Part shown: positions 1 through 11,151 of the stretch, in pieces
Numbering within the stretch: position 1 is the first letter of the stretch
Layout: the number at the start of each line of letters is the position of its first letter
DNA from: Halocafeteria seosinensis
Lineage: Eukaryota
Direction of reading: 5' to 3'
Assembly: GCA_001687465.1 (NCBI GenBank)
Contig: LVLI01000295.1
Location: forward strand, 186,001 to 250,000
Length of the DNA stretch: 64,000 nucleotides
Translations under genes and position numbers: made by a program
Notes under the pieces: model-generated
What the model was told of the DNA's origin: nothing
Databases searched by the model: none
What the model saw: the letters and a program-made list of their open reading frames with translations, nothing else

Positions 1-292
1 GGAAGCTAAAATACGACATTTCCAGACTTTATTTCGTCCCAGCGCCAATCATCCACAGTAGACAAGACAATTGAGCAGCTGTCTAAGAAAGGAGCAGGCG
101 AATTAATCCAAGGTCTATGGAGCATAAAGGGACTGCTTAACGCCCTCCTCTTGGCTCGCGCCCCAACTTCAAGGAACGCTGAATTGATGAATGCTACACC
201 ATATAACTCTCCCAGAGCTGCGTGCATGCCATGAGGGTAATGTGAATTGTTTTCGTGTTTAGTCGTGTCCGAATGTACAGACAAATGGAGAA

Positions 293-1394
293 ATGACGAT
301 TCGACGTCGTGCACCATTCAGCAATCGGTCATTGTATCTGTACAATGAGGAACATGTCGAGTTCGATGGCATTAAGAATAAGTCCATTCGGACAGGGTAT
401 AGGTGGAAATACTCGTTACAAGAGACTCTATTGAGCTTGTTTGTCCTTCATAATGACACGTGGAACATATGGACCCATCTGCTGGCGTTTATATGCTTCC
501 TATTCCTCATGGCCAAACTCCCCGCAGGTGAGCACTTCTGGATATTGTGTCTATCTCGTAAATAGGGGAAAAAAAAATGTGGAATGGTTCTTGTTTTTCT
601 TCGCAGAGCTTCCCGAATCGGCATCTGGGTTTGATACCGCGGTATTCTCGTTCTACATAGCGACCGCGCAAGTGTGCTTCTTCCTCAGCGCCAGTTACCA
701 TTTGCTGCGATGCATCAGTCCGAAGTTTTACACATTATGGTACACGTTGGATCTGACGGGAATATGCTGTCTTATAGTGGGCAGCTACATCATTGGAGTC
801 TATAATGCGTTCTATTGTGACCAATTCATGGCCGCCGTGTATTTGGGCACCCTCGGCACATTTATCGCTGTTACAATGCTTTTCACATTGCATCCGAAAT
901 ACAGAGGTGTAGAGTACGATAACTTTCGAGTAGCATCTTTAAGTGGTGCTGTAACATTTGGCATTGTGCCGAGTATCCATTGGCTGATTCGCTGTCAATC
1001 GGAGAAATGCCCATTCTCCTTGATTTGGCCCCTCATTGCAATGTAAGTGAGGATAGGTTTCTAACGTTCTTGTCGTATTTCTCAGATTATATGAGCCGCC
1101 CAGGTTTTTGTGTTATGGGATTGGTTTCGCCTTTTTTGCCACTGGCTTCCCTGAGGCATACTTCCCCGGTTGGTTTGACTTGCACTTGTCAAGTCATCAA
1201 TGGGTACGTGCCACAAATTGGCCACGTTCATCTACATGAAACGCTGAATTGTTGCTGCATATGGAAATTTTTGTACTTGATCCCTGCAGTGGCATATTAT
1301 GGTATTCTTAGCTGCATTCATATGGACTTTTGGTATGCGCGATTACTTTATTTGGCGTCTAAGTCATCATGAGGCCTGTCGACAGCCCACCTGA
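293..1394 (+). CDS. PAQR (adiponectin receptor / haemolysin-III family) membrane protein, copy 1; predicted exons 293-527, 607-1042, 1104-1203, 1290-1394
   Basis: Motifs GYR, HNDTWNIWTH, SASYH, LDLTGI, FPE..FPGWFD..SSHQWWH. GT-AG introns join the exons in frame. Confidence 0.9.
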
Positions 1395-1683
1395 AGGAAG
1401 TGCAAGTGTGCCTCGCTACACACAAAACTATATGTCCACCATCACCCGACTGCTAAGGTACGAGAATGGCAGATATAGAAAGTACAAAGTGGACTCGCGG
1501 TGAGAAGTTGATTGATTGAAGACACTCTAGCGGTACCGCGAACTTAAAAGTCTTCCTCAGCAGGTCTGGAAATTCCGGTTGTTTCGCAGCGCTACCGGGA
1601 AGAGCATAAACAAAACTTGCATACACAGGACACACAGGTGGTAAAGTGGAGGATAAAAGTACCTTTGACTTCAATTGATCCAC

Positions 1684-1878
1684 ATGAATATTGCGTTACA
1701 TGCTCCCGAATTAGTCGAGAAACATATAGAAGGTAACGAGGCTTCATGCTGCGCAATATGAGCTAGGGATCAAAATGGGGAAAACTTGCTTCACTTAGCT
1801 GCTCGCGTGGGATCTATTAAGTGTCTAGAAACTATAGTGGTGCGACTGGTCGACTTGCACTTGTCAAGTCATCAATGC
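1684..1878 (+). pseudogene. Ankyrin-repeat fragment with in-frame stop, fused in frame to a copy of the PAQR exon-3 end
   Basis: Frame from 1684 reads MNIALHAPELVEKHIEGNEASCCAI*ARDQNGENLLHLAARVGSIKCLETIVVRLVDLHLSSHQC (TGA at 1759-1761). 1852-1877 is identical to 1177-1202. Confidence 0.65.
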
Positions 1879-2293
1879 GTATGTTCAGTCTGGTCTTTCT
1901 GCTGAGTTTGTTTATAATGGTCTATATAAAATTGTTCACATTCTCCACAATCTACTTTATCTTTCATTACACCAATCAAAACTAGCAACGCTCTTAGTGT
2001 TACAGTCTGAAGATTGACAGAATAGGTTGATTGAATCCAAATTATAATCTTATTACTCTTTGCTACAAGTAAATTAATAATTTTATCGTAAGTATTGGGA
2101 CTTCAACATCTAAACATTTGTCAAATACGGTTCTAATCCGTGAAAGACAATTTTGAACAGTGCGGCTGACTGCTGGCAGGTACCTGGTAATTCGGGATCG
2201 GTATATATCCACTCCACTTGGATACTAAAGCTTGATTTTGACACACCCTAAACTGCGAGCCCTCATGAAGTAGGCCACCAGTAAGAGGGTGAG

Positions 2294-4810
2294 TTAGGCT
2301 TGTGGAGCAGACAAAAAAGAGTCTAGCACAGGTGGCGACAACAAGCCTTCAAGATCGGTTCCCGAACAGAGCATAGCGTCACATCCCACTGGGATCTTGT
2401 TTCTACCAGCAAGCTCGTGTCCCTCTTGGAAGTACTTGCCGTGGTCCGTAACCCAGCTAGGGTCATAAGGAACGCACACTAAAACGGTGACAGTGTTACT
2501 TTCCCCCGCAGTTATGTTGCCTATGGATTTCCTTACCTCCTCACTAAACGTTTCCCATCTCAACTCTGACCCAATCAAAAATTTCGGTTGCAGGGCAAGG
2601 GACCCTTTGCTTACCGGTTGATCAGTCGTTCGACGTCTGGAAACTATAACGGAGTCAGAACTAGTTGACGTAGGTTGCATGATATACACGACATCATCAC
2701 GCATCCTGTCGTGTATCAATCTCAAATCTTCTGTATTGAGTTTGCGCGTTTTGAAATCTTTCTCGTTGCTTAGCTTCTCTTCGACAGCTTCAATATCGTT
2801 TTCCAAAATGTCTAGGGTGTTCAAAATCTCGTCCTGCTGACTACCCGTTCGACTGTCCAATGGCCCAGGATCCGAAGAAAACGCTGGACAACTCCCGTAC
2901 CGCAATGGTTGCACCGTACACGCTCCAAATAGCGTGCGTTTCAATAAAGGAAGTTTCTCTCCCCAAGTCATGGGTACAGTCCTCTTGAAAACAGACCTGA
3001 GTGCAAATGCCCGCGCGACACATTTTTCGAAAGAATATGAGCCTGGCAGCGACCTTGGATTGATCTCATGACCCAAGCTTAGCTTCTCCATCAGCCCCTT
3101 CTCCTTGTAGAGGTAGGTCAGCAACACGGGAGGTATGATTACGTAGAAGTACTTGGGACGCCCTTCGACGGGTTTACAGTAACAACCTGTTTGCCTGCTC
3201 CCCTCGAGAACGGTATACTTATCTGTCACCCTTGATTCTCCTTCAATGGGGCAGCCTATTTTAAAAAGATACAACATTTCCCTATACAGCTCTGGTGAAG
3301 ACGACACAGTCTCCCGAATGAAAGTCTCGTACCATCCCTTCAGTGAAATCCAACATGCCATTAAGACCTCGTCCTTGGTGATACTCAAGTTGGAGGTTGT
3401 CCCGCCGCCTTGGTTCTGAACACGTCGCAAGCACCACGTAATGGTGAGCTGGACAAGTCGTGGGACACCACAAGTTTCCTCCATAATGGTGTCCACCAAT
3501 TCCTTGCTGATAGTGTCAGTTCCGAGAGAATTACTGACCAATTGCTTCACGTTTTCGCGGGAAAGCAAATCTAGATCAATTCTTCGGGTGGCAGTGGGGG
3601 AAACCCCACAACTCCGCATGATATCAGTTAGGTCCCATTCACGGGACGTAAACATGGGCTGAATCGTCATGAATTCGTTGAGAAATGGTACTTTACGCCA
3701 AAAGGAAGAAAAAGTGTTCTTGCTATCCTCCGCAGGTTTTGCGAGTCCCGGGACACAAGCAATTTCATCGAAGTGCAGCAAGACGTGCCTACAAACCTTC
3801 CCAACAACCTGTTCAAAGGCCCCCACAATTGTTTTCGGTGTAAGACGAGGTGGGCACCCCATTTCGCGAATAGAATTAGAGAATTGTGTACGCTGTTTGT
3901 CACTTAAGACCAGTTCATATTCCCACGAGTTCGTCGTCTCGGATAACACCGGCTGTCTGCAATTGGCTAACGCGACAATAAAGAGCTCACAGAAATAGTG
4001 CTCCCTTTCAGTGGCTGCAGATGAAAACAAACAACATTCGCAACATGTACCGAAAAGTTACACATTACACATCGGCACACATACAACCGATATCTACATC
4101 GGATACGTCAACGTAGCAGTACAATGTGCTTTTGATGTACTCAGCATATATGCATCGATCTAAGTCTCGGTTGTTCGCTAGCTCGTACAAACGAAGGAGC
4201 ACTTGGAAGCCGAGCTCCGTCTTTCCCCATCCATGCATCCCGACGGTGAATAGACTCTCCAACGAGCGAACACCATCCGAGGAAGGATTCTTTCTTAACA
4301 CTTTTGCAATATCGACGAACTCCGTAATGCTCACTCCGATATCCCTGACCGGTTTCCCTCCATTAAGAAAGTCTCGAATGGGAGTAAAGTAGATCTTCTT
4401 CGCTGGAGCGGCTACGAAGCGGGCGTTGGCATCGCCGCCTGCAGAGGCAAAGCAGCACACGACAACAATACGGTGAAGGAAGAATGAAGCCATAACAGCA
4501 GATCTACAGTTCTTAAAAACATTTCTGTTTTTCATGTGCAGAAGCAGCTGACCAAACTAAAACTCTTCGATTCAACATACCTGCTCCGCCACCACAACTT
4601 GAAGCTGCATCGCCACCTGCAAACAAAAGCAAAGAAACACACGACAACTCCATGGTGAAGGAAGAATGAAGCCATAACAGCAAATTCACAGTAGCAGCAC
4701 TCTCTAAAAACATTTATGTTTTTCATGCTCAGAAGCAGCTGATCAAACCAACATTTGTCGAGTCAACATACCTTGTGTTTCTTCACGTTGGCGCTTTCGC
4801 CCCGTTCCCT
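2294..4810 (-). CDS. Crinkler(CR)-like effector: P-loop NTPase + C-terminal restriction-endonuclease-fold domain; predicted exons 4810-4772, 4616-4581, 4438-4085, 4014-2294 (further 5' exons likely)
   Basis: Walker A GMHGWGKT, Walker B LLHFDE, GxP motif TCGVPRLV, then SFEKCVARAF...SSDSVIV...LALQPKF...EEVRK (E..D..QxK pattern). A basic RKRQR linker lies in the 39-nt exon. All splice junctions are canonical and in frame. Confidence 0.7.
4428..4772. repeat. Two diverged tandem copies (~180-190 bp period) of an intron plus downstream exon start
   Basis: Shared blocks gcatcgcc.cctgca, ggtgaaggaagaatgaagccataacagca, tgtttttcatg..cagaagcagctga.caaac and tcaacatacct occur at ~4428-4582 and ~4607-4773. 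Confidence 0.9.
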
Positions 4811-5185
4811 CTGCACGAAAGAATGTAAAAGCATATAATCATCCACGCGATTGGCAGTGACTCCTCAAGCCCATCCACCGAAAAAGGTCAGGGAATAAAC
4901 GTTCTCTCTTTGAAACGGCGAACAATGCTCCGTACGAATACCAGCCTCATCATCAGGAAGAAAGTAAGTGTTGCCTCGACCTACGACCAAGACGAGGTAT
5001 GTTCGAAGGCCGCCATCCACGATCTCCCTCAGTAGCAACATCCACGCAGCAAGCACGTTTAAGAAGACCCAGAAAAAAACCACAACTCATTGCTGGATCA
5101 CTCTCCCCATGCCCCTTGGTTTCGGTCAGGTGGGTGTATGAGGGCAAACAGAAAGGTACGTCTCATTCCATACAGCTTCACTTAC

Positions 5186-5543
5186 TTTGCTGTTGTCCCC
5201 AAAAATGCAGCTTATCCACTACTTTATCGAGAATTAACTCTGCATCTATGCCTTGCTCCAGCGAAGGGACCAACCCCGCTAGCTCCTCAGCTGGAGTCAT
5301 ATTTCTTCTGTCTTGAAGGACTCCCCCTTGCTTTCTGTCAGCAAGCCATTTCTTCCATTGCTCCTTGTTCATTTGACCGGGGTCACCCTTTATTCGTGCA
5401 GCCTTTTTCTTGACATGCTGTAATGCATTCAGCAAGCTTGCACCGTTCACCGCAGGTGCTAGCTCTTCCCACGCAGTGGACAAATCGGGACCAGGCGTTT
5501 TCTCGGTCTCTTGCAGAACTGTTGGGTTGATTTCTTCACTCAT
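5186..5543 (-). CDS. Probable first exon (helical, possibly SAM-like header) of the CR-like gene, or a separate small gene
   Basis: ATG at 5543, open frame ending at a strong GTAAGT donor (5185). MNKEQWKKWL...EQGIDAELIL loosely resembles a SAM domain. Splicing to the downstream exons could not be resolved unambiguously. Confidence 0.45.
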
Positions 5544-5604
5544 ATTAATTGTCAACCAATGATGCGCAGTGTAGTGCGTATCCTCAAGGAAAGATCCAAC
5601 AAGT

Positions 5605-6052
5605 TGTTAGTTCGAAGTTGTTTCCTCTATTTCTTGCCTCTTGTACTTCTGGTTTGCTGCAATCGTAACACACTCTAACAATGATGGAGGATTCTTTATA
5701 AGCTTCCTTTCTGCTTAGAAAACATGCAACATTGTCGACAACGAGCATACAACACGATAGAACTCATATACCAGTTTGGGAGCAACCGGGCGGCCCACCC
5801 GGACCGGTGCGGGGTTGGAGGCTCTTGGACGAGAACGGGGTGGATTGGACCGCGGGGACGGCTGTTTTCAGCAATCCCAACCAGCCTAAGACTGTCCATC
5901 AAAGTGGAAATAACAGTATTCCCGGTGGCTCGACTAAACCGTGACTGTCTATACGCTCCGATCGTTCAATCCTGGTCACCCCTTGCTCGTCCAACACAAC
6001 GGGGCGTTGTGAAGACACGGGGGCGGGATTTGCCCCCGAGGACACGATAACA
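5605..6052 (-). mobile_element. Putative solo LTR (448 bp)
   Basis: Termini TGTTA...TAACA, flanked by caagt / gaagt (5-bp TSD with 1 mismatch). GC-rich interior with no convincing protein. Minus-strand TATAAAG at 5700-5694. Confidence 0.6.
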
Positions 6053-6145
6053 GAAGTTTTTCGTGCCAATTTGTTGCTGTAATATTCGTGTTAGAGTAGG
6101 ACCCCATTGAATGATACATTGGGCATTATCTGGTGTAGTTGTAGT

Positions 6146-7596
6146 ATGACGCCACCTCTACACTTTTATGAACGAAGGAGGGAGTCCCAAGAGGGCGGCA
6201 AAATAACAAAGCCGCGATGCTCCGAAAGCAGCAATAATGAGGGATACGTAGCATCCCGGCAGTCGTTCTGCTGCTCTGCTAGGCCAAGAAGGAGAGACAA
6301 AACGCGTGAATCGGCTGAAAAGGAGGATACATCCGCAGTAAACGAGCCCTTGGAGGGATCGGAGAATACCGTTGGCGGGGGACGAATCCGGAGGCGAACG
6401 GTAAGAGGAGGTCTTCTGTTTGTAGTGCGCACACGGGGTACAACATGACATGGAAGTTTCTCTCAAACTCCAGAATTCGAGTCATACGTTTGCTTTTTAT
6501 CTGGAACGAACCGAAGTTCCAGAATGTATGCGACATCCTTTTATCATCTCAGGTAAGACTCCGCTGGAATTGAGCCAAGGGTTTCACGACACAAGGATTA
6601 TGCATTTATTTGCATTCTTTCAGGCTACAGATACGGGAGGACCTCGCAGCATTTATGGAAGAGTGTCTTCCAGTTACACAATGACACTGTAAGTCGCAAA
6701 TTCGAGGAAGCAGTCTTGTCTTGTAGATATTGTTTTGCCGTCGTTCGTGCAGTTAAATATTTGGACACATCTTCTTGGATTTATTCTAGTCCTTTGCATT
6801 ATACCGGGGCTTTATCAAGGTAAGGCAGGTATTCGGGATGCAATTATTTATGCTCGTGAATTCAACGCGTTATTTATCGAATCATACAGATCTCCCGTCT
6901 ACAGCATCATGGACAGATAAGATTATATTTGGAGAGTACATCTGCAGTGTACTAGTGTGCCTTGGTCTTTCATCGATGTATCATTGTTTCCGCACTGAAT
7001 CACCAGAAGCTTATAAATTCTGGTATGGATTGGACATTCTGGGGATCTGCATACTCATTGCAAGCAGCTTCGTTATCTGCACTTGGATTGCCTTCCGGGA
7101 ACAGCCATTCTATTTCATCTTATATAATTCAGTGGTCATTGGAGGCCTACTGTTCGCTATATTCCTGTCGAAGCACCCTCACTTTCAAGGACCAAAATAT
7201 GATAAGGTGCGCGCTCTGACAATGGCGGGTGTTGTAGCGTTTGGTGTGGTGCCGATAACGCACTGGGTCTGCAATCACTACGAGGCAGCAGATGAAAATA
7301 TGCCTAGTGCGCTGCTTCCTCCTATTTTAATGTTTGGGTTTTACGGGATTGGTTTTGCAATATTCTACACACACTTTCCCGAGAGATTCTGGCCTGGCAG
7401 GTTCGACAACATCGCTTCGAGTCATCAATTGGTAAGTACTCAACAACAACCCGTAGCAGTTCTGACCCCTCTCTTGATGCCTGTTATGCTCCGATCGCAG
7501 TGGCACTTATTTGTCGTTGTAGCTGCTCTATCCTGGTTGTACGGTATGCATTTGCACTTGCAACACAGCATTAGTATGTATAACGGAACGTGGTAG
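6146..7596 (+). CDS. PAQR family membrane protein, copy 2 (start uncertain); introns ~6401-6473, 6553-6623, 6689-6752, 6820-6889, 7432-7500
   Basis: FIISGYR, HNDTLNIWTH, SSMYH, LDILGI, FPERFWPGRFD..SSHQLWH. Two intron positions are shared with copy 1. Confidence 0.88.
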
Positions 7597-7684
7597 TTGA
7601 CGGTTGCGTTTTGAGCAGCATTCAGCTTAATTTGCTTCTGGAAAAGTACAATATGCACGAGTGGTTCGAACGCGCTTCGCTGTA

Positions 7685-8791
7685 TCATACAAAGAGGGAG
7701 TCTAAAAATCTATCCATTTCATCCTCCGTGCTCTTTTGCTCAACTTCCTCAGCGCCTGTGTCTGCGGCTTGATCACTCTTTTGTTCAGCCTCCACCGGAG
7801 AAGCCCGTTGTTTTTCCGGTTCCTCTACACCTGTTTGGTTACTGCTGTCTCCTGGTTCTGTCCCTTTGCTGTCGTCCTCCGGAAAGAACTTCTGAGCTGC
7901 TTGTGCATATTGATGAGGATCAGACGCAAGCAAAGACGGATCTGGCATATCCTCTTTTTTTTCTTGCTCATCGTTATCGGCATTTGCTGATTCGATCTCG
8001 CCGGAGCTCTTGCTCTGTCTTTTCCTCCGTTTCTCCATCTTCTTGATTTTCTTATAGAACAACTTCAAAGCGCATCCCGTACATACACGAACCTTGACTA
8101 ATGTTCGCTTCGTCCGACCGTTCTCCTTATACGTAAATTTCACCTCATAGCTGTGCAGTCCTCGTGTCTCGTCGCATTTTAGATTGGCACAGATGAATTG
8201 CCCCTTTCCGTGTACCACTTCGTCTTTGGTTCTCCAGCGTAATCCTATTTCTCCACTCTTGTAGCGGTCCAAGTTGCACAGTGCGTACTCCTTGAAAAGG
8301 CGATTGTAATACTTTCTCGCTAACTGGATTTCCCAGGCTTCACTTGGATCTCCTTCGCTTAAGCGCTTGTGGTCATCTTCGTCGTCCCGAATGAATCGAA
8401 ATCGGTCCTGGAGCACATGGTAATCTGTTCGTTCGGGCAAGTCGGCATTGGCTGCTTTCTTCTTGCGCCTCTTGTTGGAAGGCCCCTCTGCTGAATATAT
8501 ACTCTTCTTGCGCCCTCCGCGCAAGTGCTGCATAAACTCGACATGCTGCTCGTAGGCTGATTTCCGGTTTAGCGCGGGAGCTGCCGCGCTACGATTTTTG
8601 GTGAATTCTTCGCGCCCTGTTCGTTGATAGCTTTCCCTGCCTCCTAATTTTGCAGCCTCGGTTCCATCGCCTGCTCTTGCACCATGTGTGGAAGTCTCTT
8701 CCACGTACTCTCCGAATTCATTACGAAGATAGCGTGGGCCAGCTTCTGAGCCCGTATCGCCAGCCAGATAGTCCCCCACGAAATCACTCAT
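7685..8791 (-). CDS. FRA10AC1: FRA10AC1 (folate-sensitive fragile site protein, spliceosome-associated), intronless
   Basis: RFIRDD...WE..LARKYYNRLFKEYALCNL..YK.G.IGLRWRT..EV..GKGQFICAN..C....GLHSYEV.F.Y.E.G..K..LVKVRVC..C. Confidence 0.93.
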   Translation of the reverse strand: MSDFVGDYLAGDTGSEAGPRYLRNEFGEYVEETSTHGARAGDGTEAAKLGGRESYQRTGREEFTKNRSAAAPALNRKSAYEQHVEFMQHLRGGRKKSIYSAEGPSNKRRKKKAANADLPERTDYHVLQDRFRFIRDDEDDHKRLSEGDPSEAWEIQLARKYYNRLFKEYALCNLDRYKSGEIGLRWRTKDEVVHGKGQFICANLKCDETRGLHSYEVKFTYKENGRTKRTLVKVRVCTGCALKLFYKKIKKMEKRRKRQSKSSGEIESANADNDEQEKKEDMPDPSLLASDPHQYAQAAQKFFPEDDSKGTEPGDSSNQTGVEEPEKQRASPVEAEQKSDQAADTGAEEVEQKSTEDEMDRFLDSLFV

Positions 8792-8969
8792 TTGGCATAA
8801 TTACCAGGAAAGATTGCAACTATCAATCAGTATGGATGCAGCCAGGTATAACAACTCATCAACATTGAGTCGAACTGACAGGTTGTGACAGCTTAAAGAA
8901 AGACAGTTGGCGAAGTTCAACGAGGAACTTAAGAGTTTTACAGACAGTGTATTCTCTGAGTGCTCAGTG

Positions 8970-11058
8970 CTACGTTGTAGATGATTCAGTGCACTTCACT
9001 TTGACTACACTGGTGTGGGATGATATATGAGGTTCTGCAGGCGTGCCATCAGCTCCTGTGACACTCCAATTTAACCTGGAGGCGGTAGAGGCTTCGCTGT
9101 TGTGGTTCAAATAAATATGCATCAAAGAGTCCAAAAAGTGGCGCTCTGATGTGCGTTGCGACGTATCCGAGGCCTTCAAGACACACTGGATATTGATGCG
9201 CCCTTTGGCGCTTTCTTTGATTTGCTTCTTAAAACTCTCGAGATTATCCCCTTCGATCGATAGTTGGATCGCGTTATTCGAACTCCCCAGGGTAACAGGG
9301 AACGAGCATTGAGGAGTAGAGAGAGTTCTCCTTTCCATAATTGGAATCTTTACCCTAATCAAAACCTTCGTTGCATAATCCAAAACATCTGGATGGACAG
9401 ATATTAGCAATTTTACGGTCGTATACTCGTGCGTCACATCAGCCGCAGCAGCCACACGCCCAAGCACTTTCGAGTGCTGCTGAGGTGTCCTAATAGCGCA
9501 AACTCTAAACGACTTTTGTGTCTCGTCCAAGGAGCCGATCGGCACGACAGCCTCATTGGACTGACGCTCCGAAAGACCGGCGTTATCCTCTCCCGCTTTC
9601 AACGTTGCGAAGTGCTCAGAGGCAGTGACCTTGATCCCCAAGGAAAGCTGGTTCTCTATTTTTGCGTTCTCAAATTGCAGAGCCATCGTTGACTCCTCAC
9701 CAACGAATTTCTTCCCTCTGAAATACACACACAAATGGGGGCATACTTATATAGAGTCTACCAGAGGTGCCTACCAGAGACGAAATACAACGTACCTCTG
9801 TTCAAGTTTGATGTTGATTGTCTCATTCAGGGACGCTGTCAGAGGGGCCTCTTGTCGCTTCAAACTTTCCTGTGGAGCCGCATCTTGGGTAGTCGCGATT
9901 GAAGAAGTCGTCGCAGAAAATGAGACTGTCTCTTGAGCGCGGCTTGAGGGGGAGGAAGCCGGAGGAGGAGCTCGCGCAACCTCGAAGATTCCCTTGCGGA
10001 AATTTTGTAGAGTCCGATTCCTCCGGGAGGGGAAAAACTCTCCGGTTCTGTGAAAACTGTCCTCTTCACGATGGGGCTGTGCTTGTGGGTGTGATGAATG
10101 GTGGTGGTGATGATGATGATGATGACCACTATGCAGTCTGCATGGATGGGGAGCAGGGTCGTAAACAGTGCAGCTCTTCAAAACGCCGCCTCTTGACAGC
10201 ACACTGTACTTACGTTCCATGTTTCCCTGTCAAGGGTAAACCTTTGACAAAATTCTTCCATACATGTTCCGAGCTGTTATTAAACTTGTAACTTTTGACA
10301 CCTGTGTCCGATTCTTCGCTACCCTCCTTCGACGGGGCCGCCATGGGATCCCAGAAATACGAGGTCGACGGTTTAGCCATGACCGCCCATTGCTCCTTAT
10401 CTGTGAGAGCCGCCGTTTGCCACTTGCCAATCCGTGATATCTCTTTGAAGTCCTGTGGCGGGGCAAAGCCTCCGTTGACGATCCGCCTCATAGCAACGCT
10501 CACTACCGTGTAATTCTTGTACACCACTTGAGCTGAGACTTTCGACTGCGCCGCTTCTAGTGTCGATGCTTTCCCGAGCGTCATAAGAAAGCGTAAGAGC
10601 CGAACAACGAACATATGAGCGGCATCCATGACTGGACTCATTAGGTCGGTGGATTTCACGGTAGGCATGGAAGCCTGATATAGCACCACAATGCAGATTT
10701 GCCGGAGCTGAAGGTACGCAATGTAGATATCCTCTCCCAGATGTGCATGACCCGTGAACCTGCACGCATTCAGCATTGTTCATCATCATCGTTATGCAGC
10801 ACATTCATGCGCATTCAGCACATACTGGCGCAATCTAGAGCCTCGATTCAGACGAAGCAGCGTGAAGTAGCGCCGAGTGCTTTGTAATGCACCATGCAGC
10901 CTGCACAAACGTCCATAAGTAATCGATACAAATGTATATGCACATGTTGGAACGTACCAAGAGGCTGGAGCTTCGCCGCATGTGGCATTAAGGACGTGAT
11001 AATCTCCTTGAGGACCATCGAGCAGGGCTATCGCCCCACATGTGATAGCTCCCGACAT
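8970..11058 (-). CDS. Divergent longin + mu-homology-like adaptor subunit; predicted exons 11058-10958, 10900-10826, 10759-10214, 10137-9796, 9717-8970
   Basis: Five exons joined in frame by canonical introns. The N-terminal pattern IYIAYLQLRQICIVV...VYKNYTVVSVAMRRIVNGG resembles the longin domain of AP mu/sigma and delta-COP. A His9 low-complexity linker precedes a beta-rich C-terminal domain starting LNETINIKL. The family call is inference. Confidence 0.5.
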
Positions 11059-11151
11059 GCTATAATTATTAACTACTATGGTTTGTTTAAGATTGGTAAA
11101 AGTAAAAAAAAATATGTAACCAGACTATCAACCACAACGAGGTTGGTCGAA

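Noticed and set aside
1759..1761. In-frame TGA as possible selenocysteine or recoding
   Set aside because: TGA is used as a normal stop elsewhere (e.g. 1392-1394), and the surrounding sequence is a truncated chimera.
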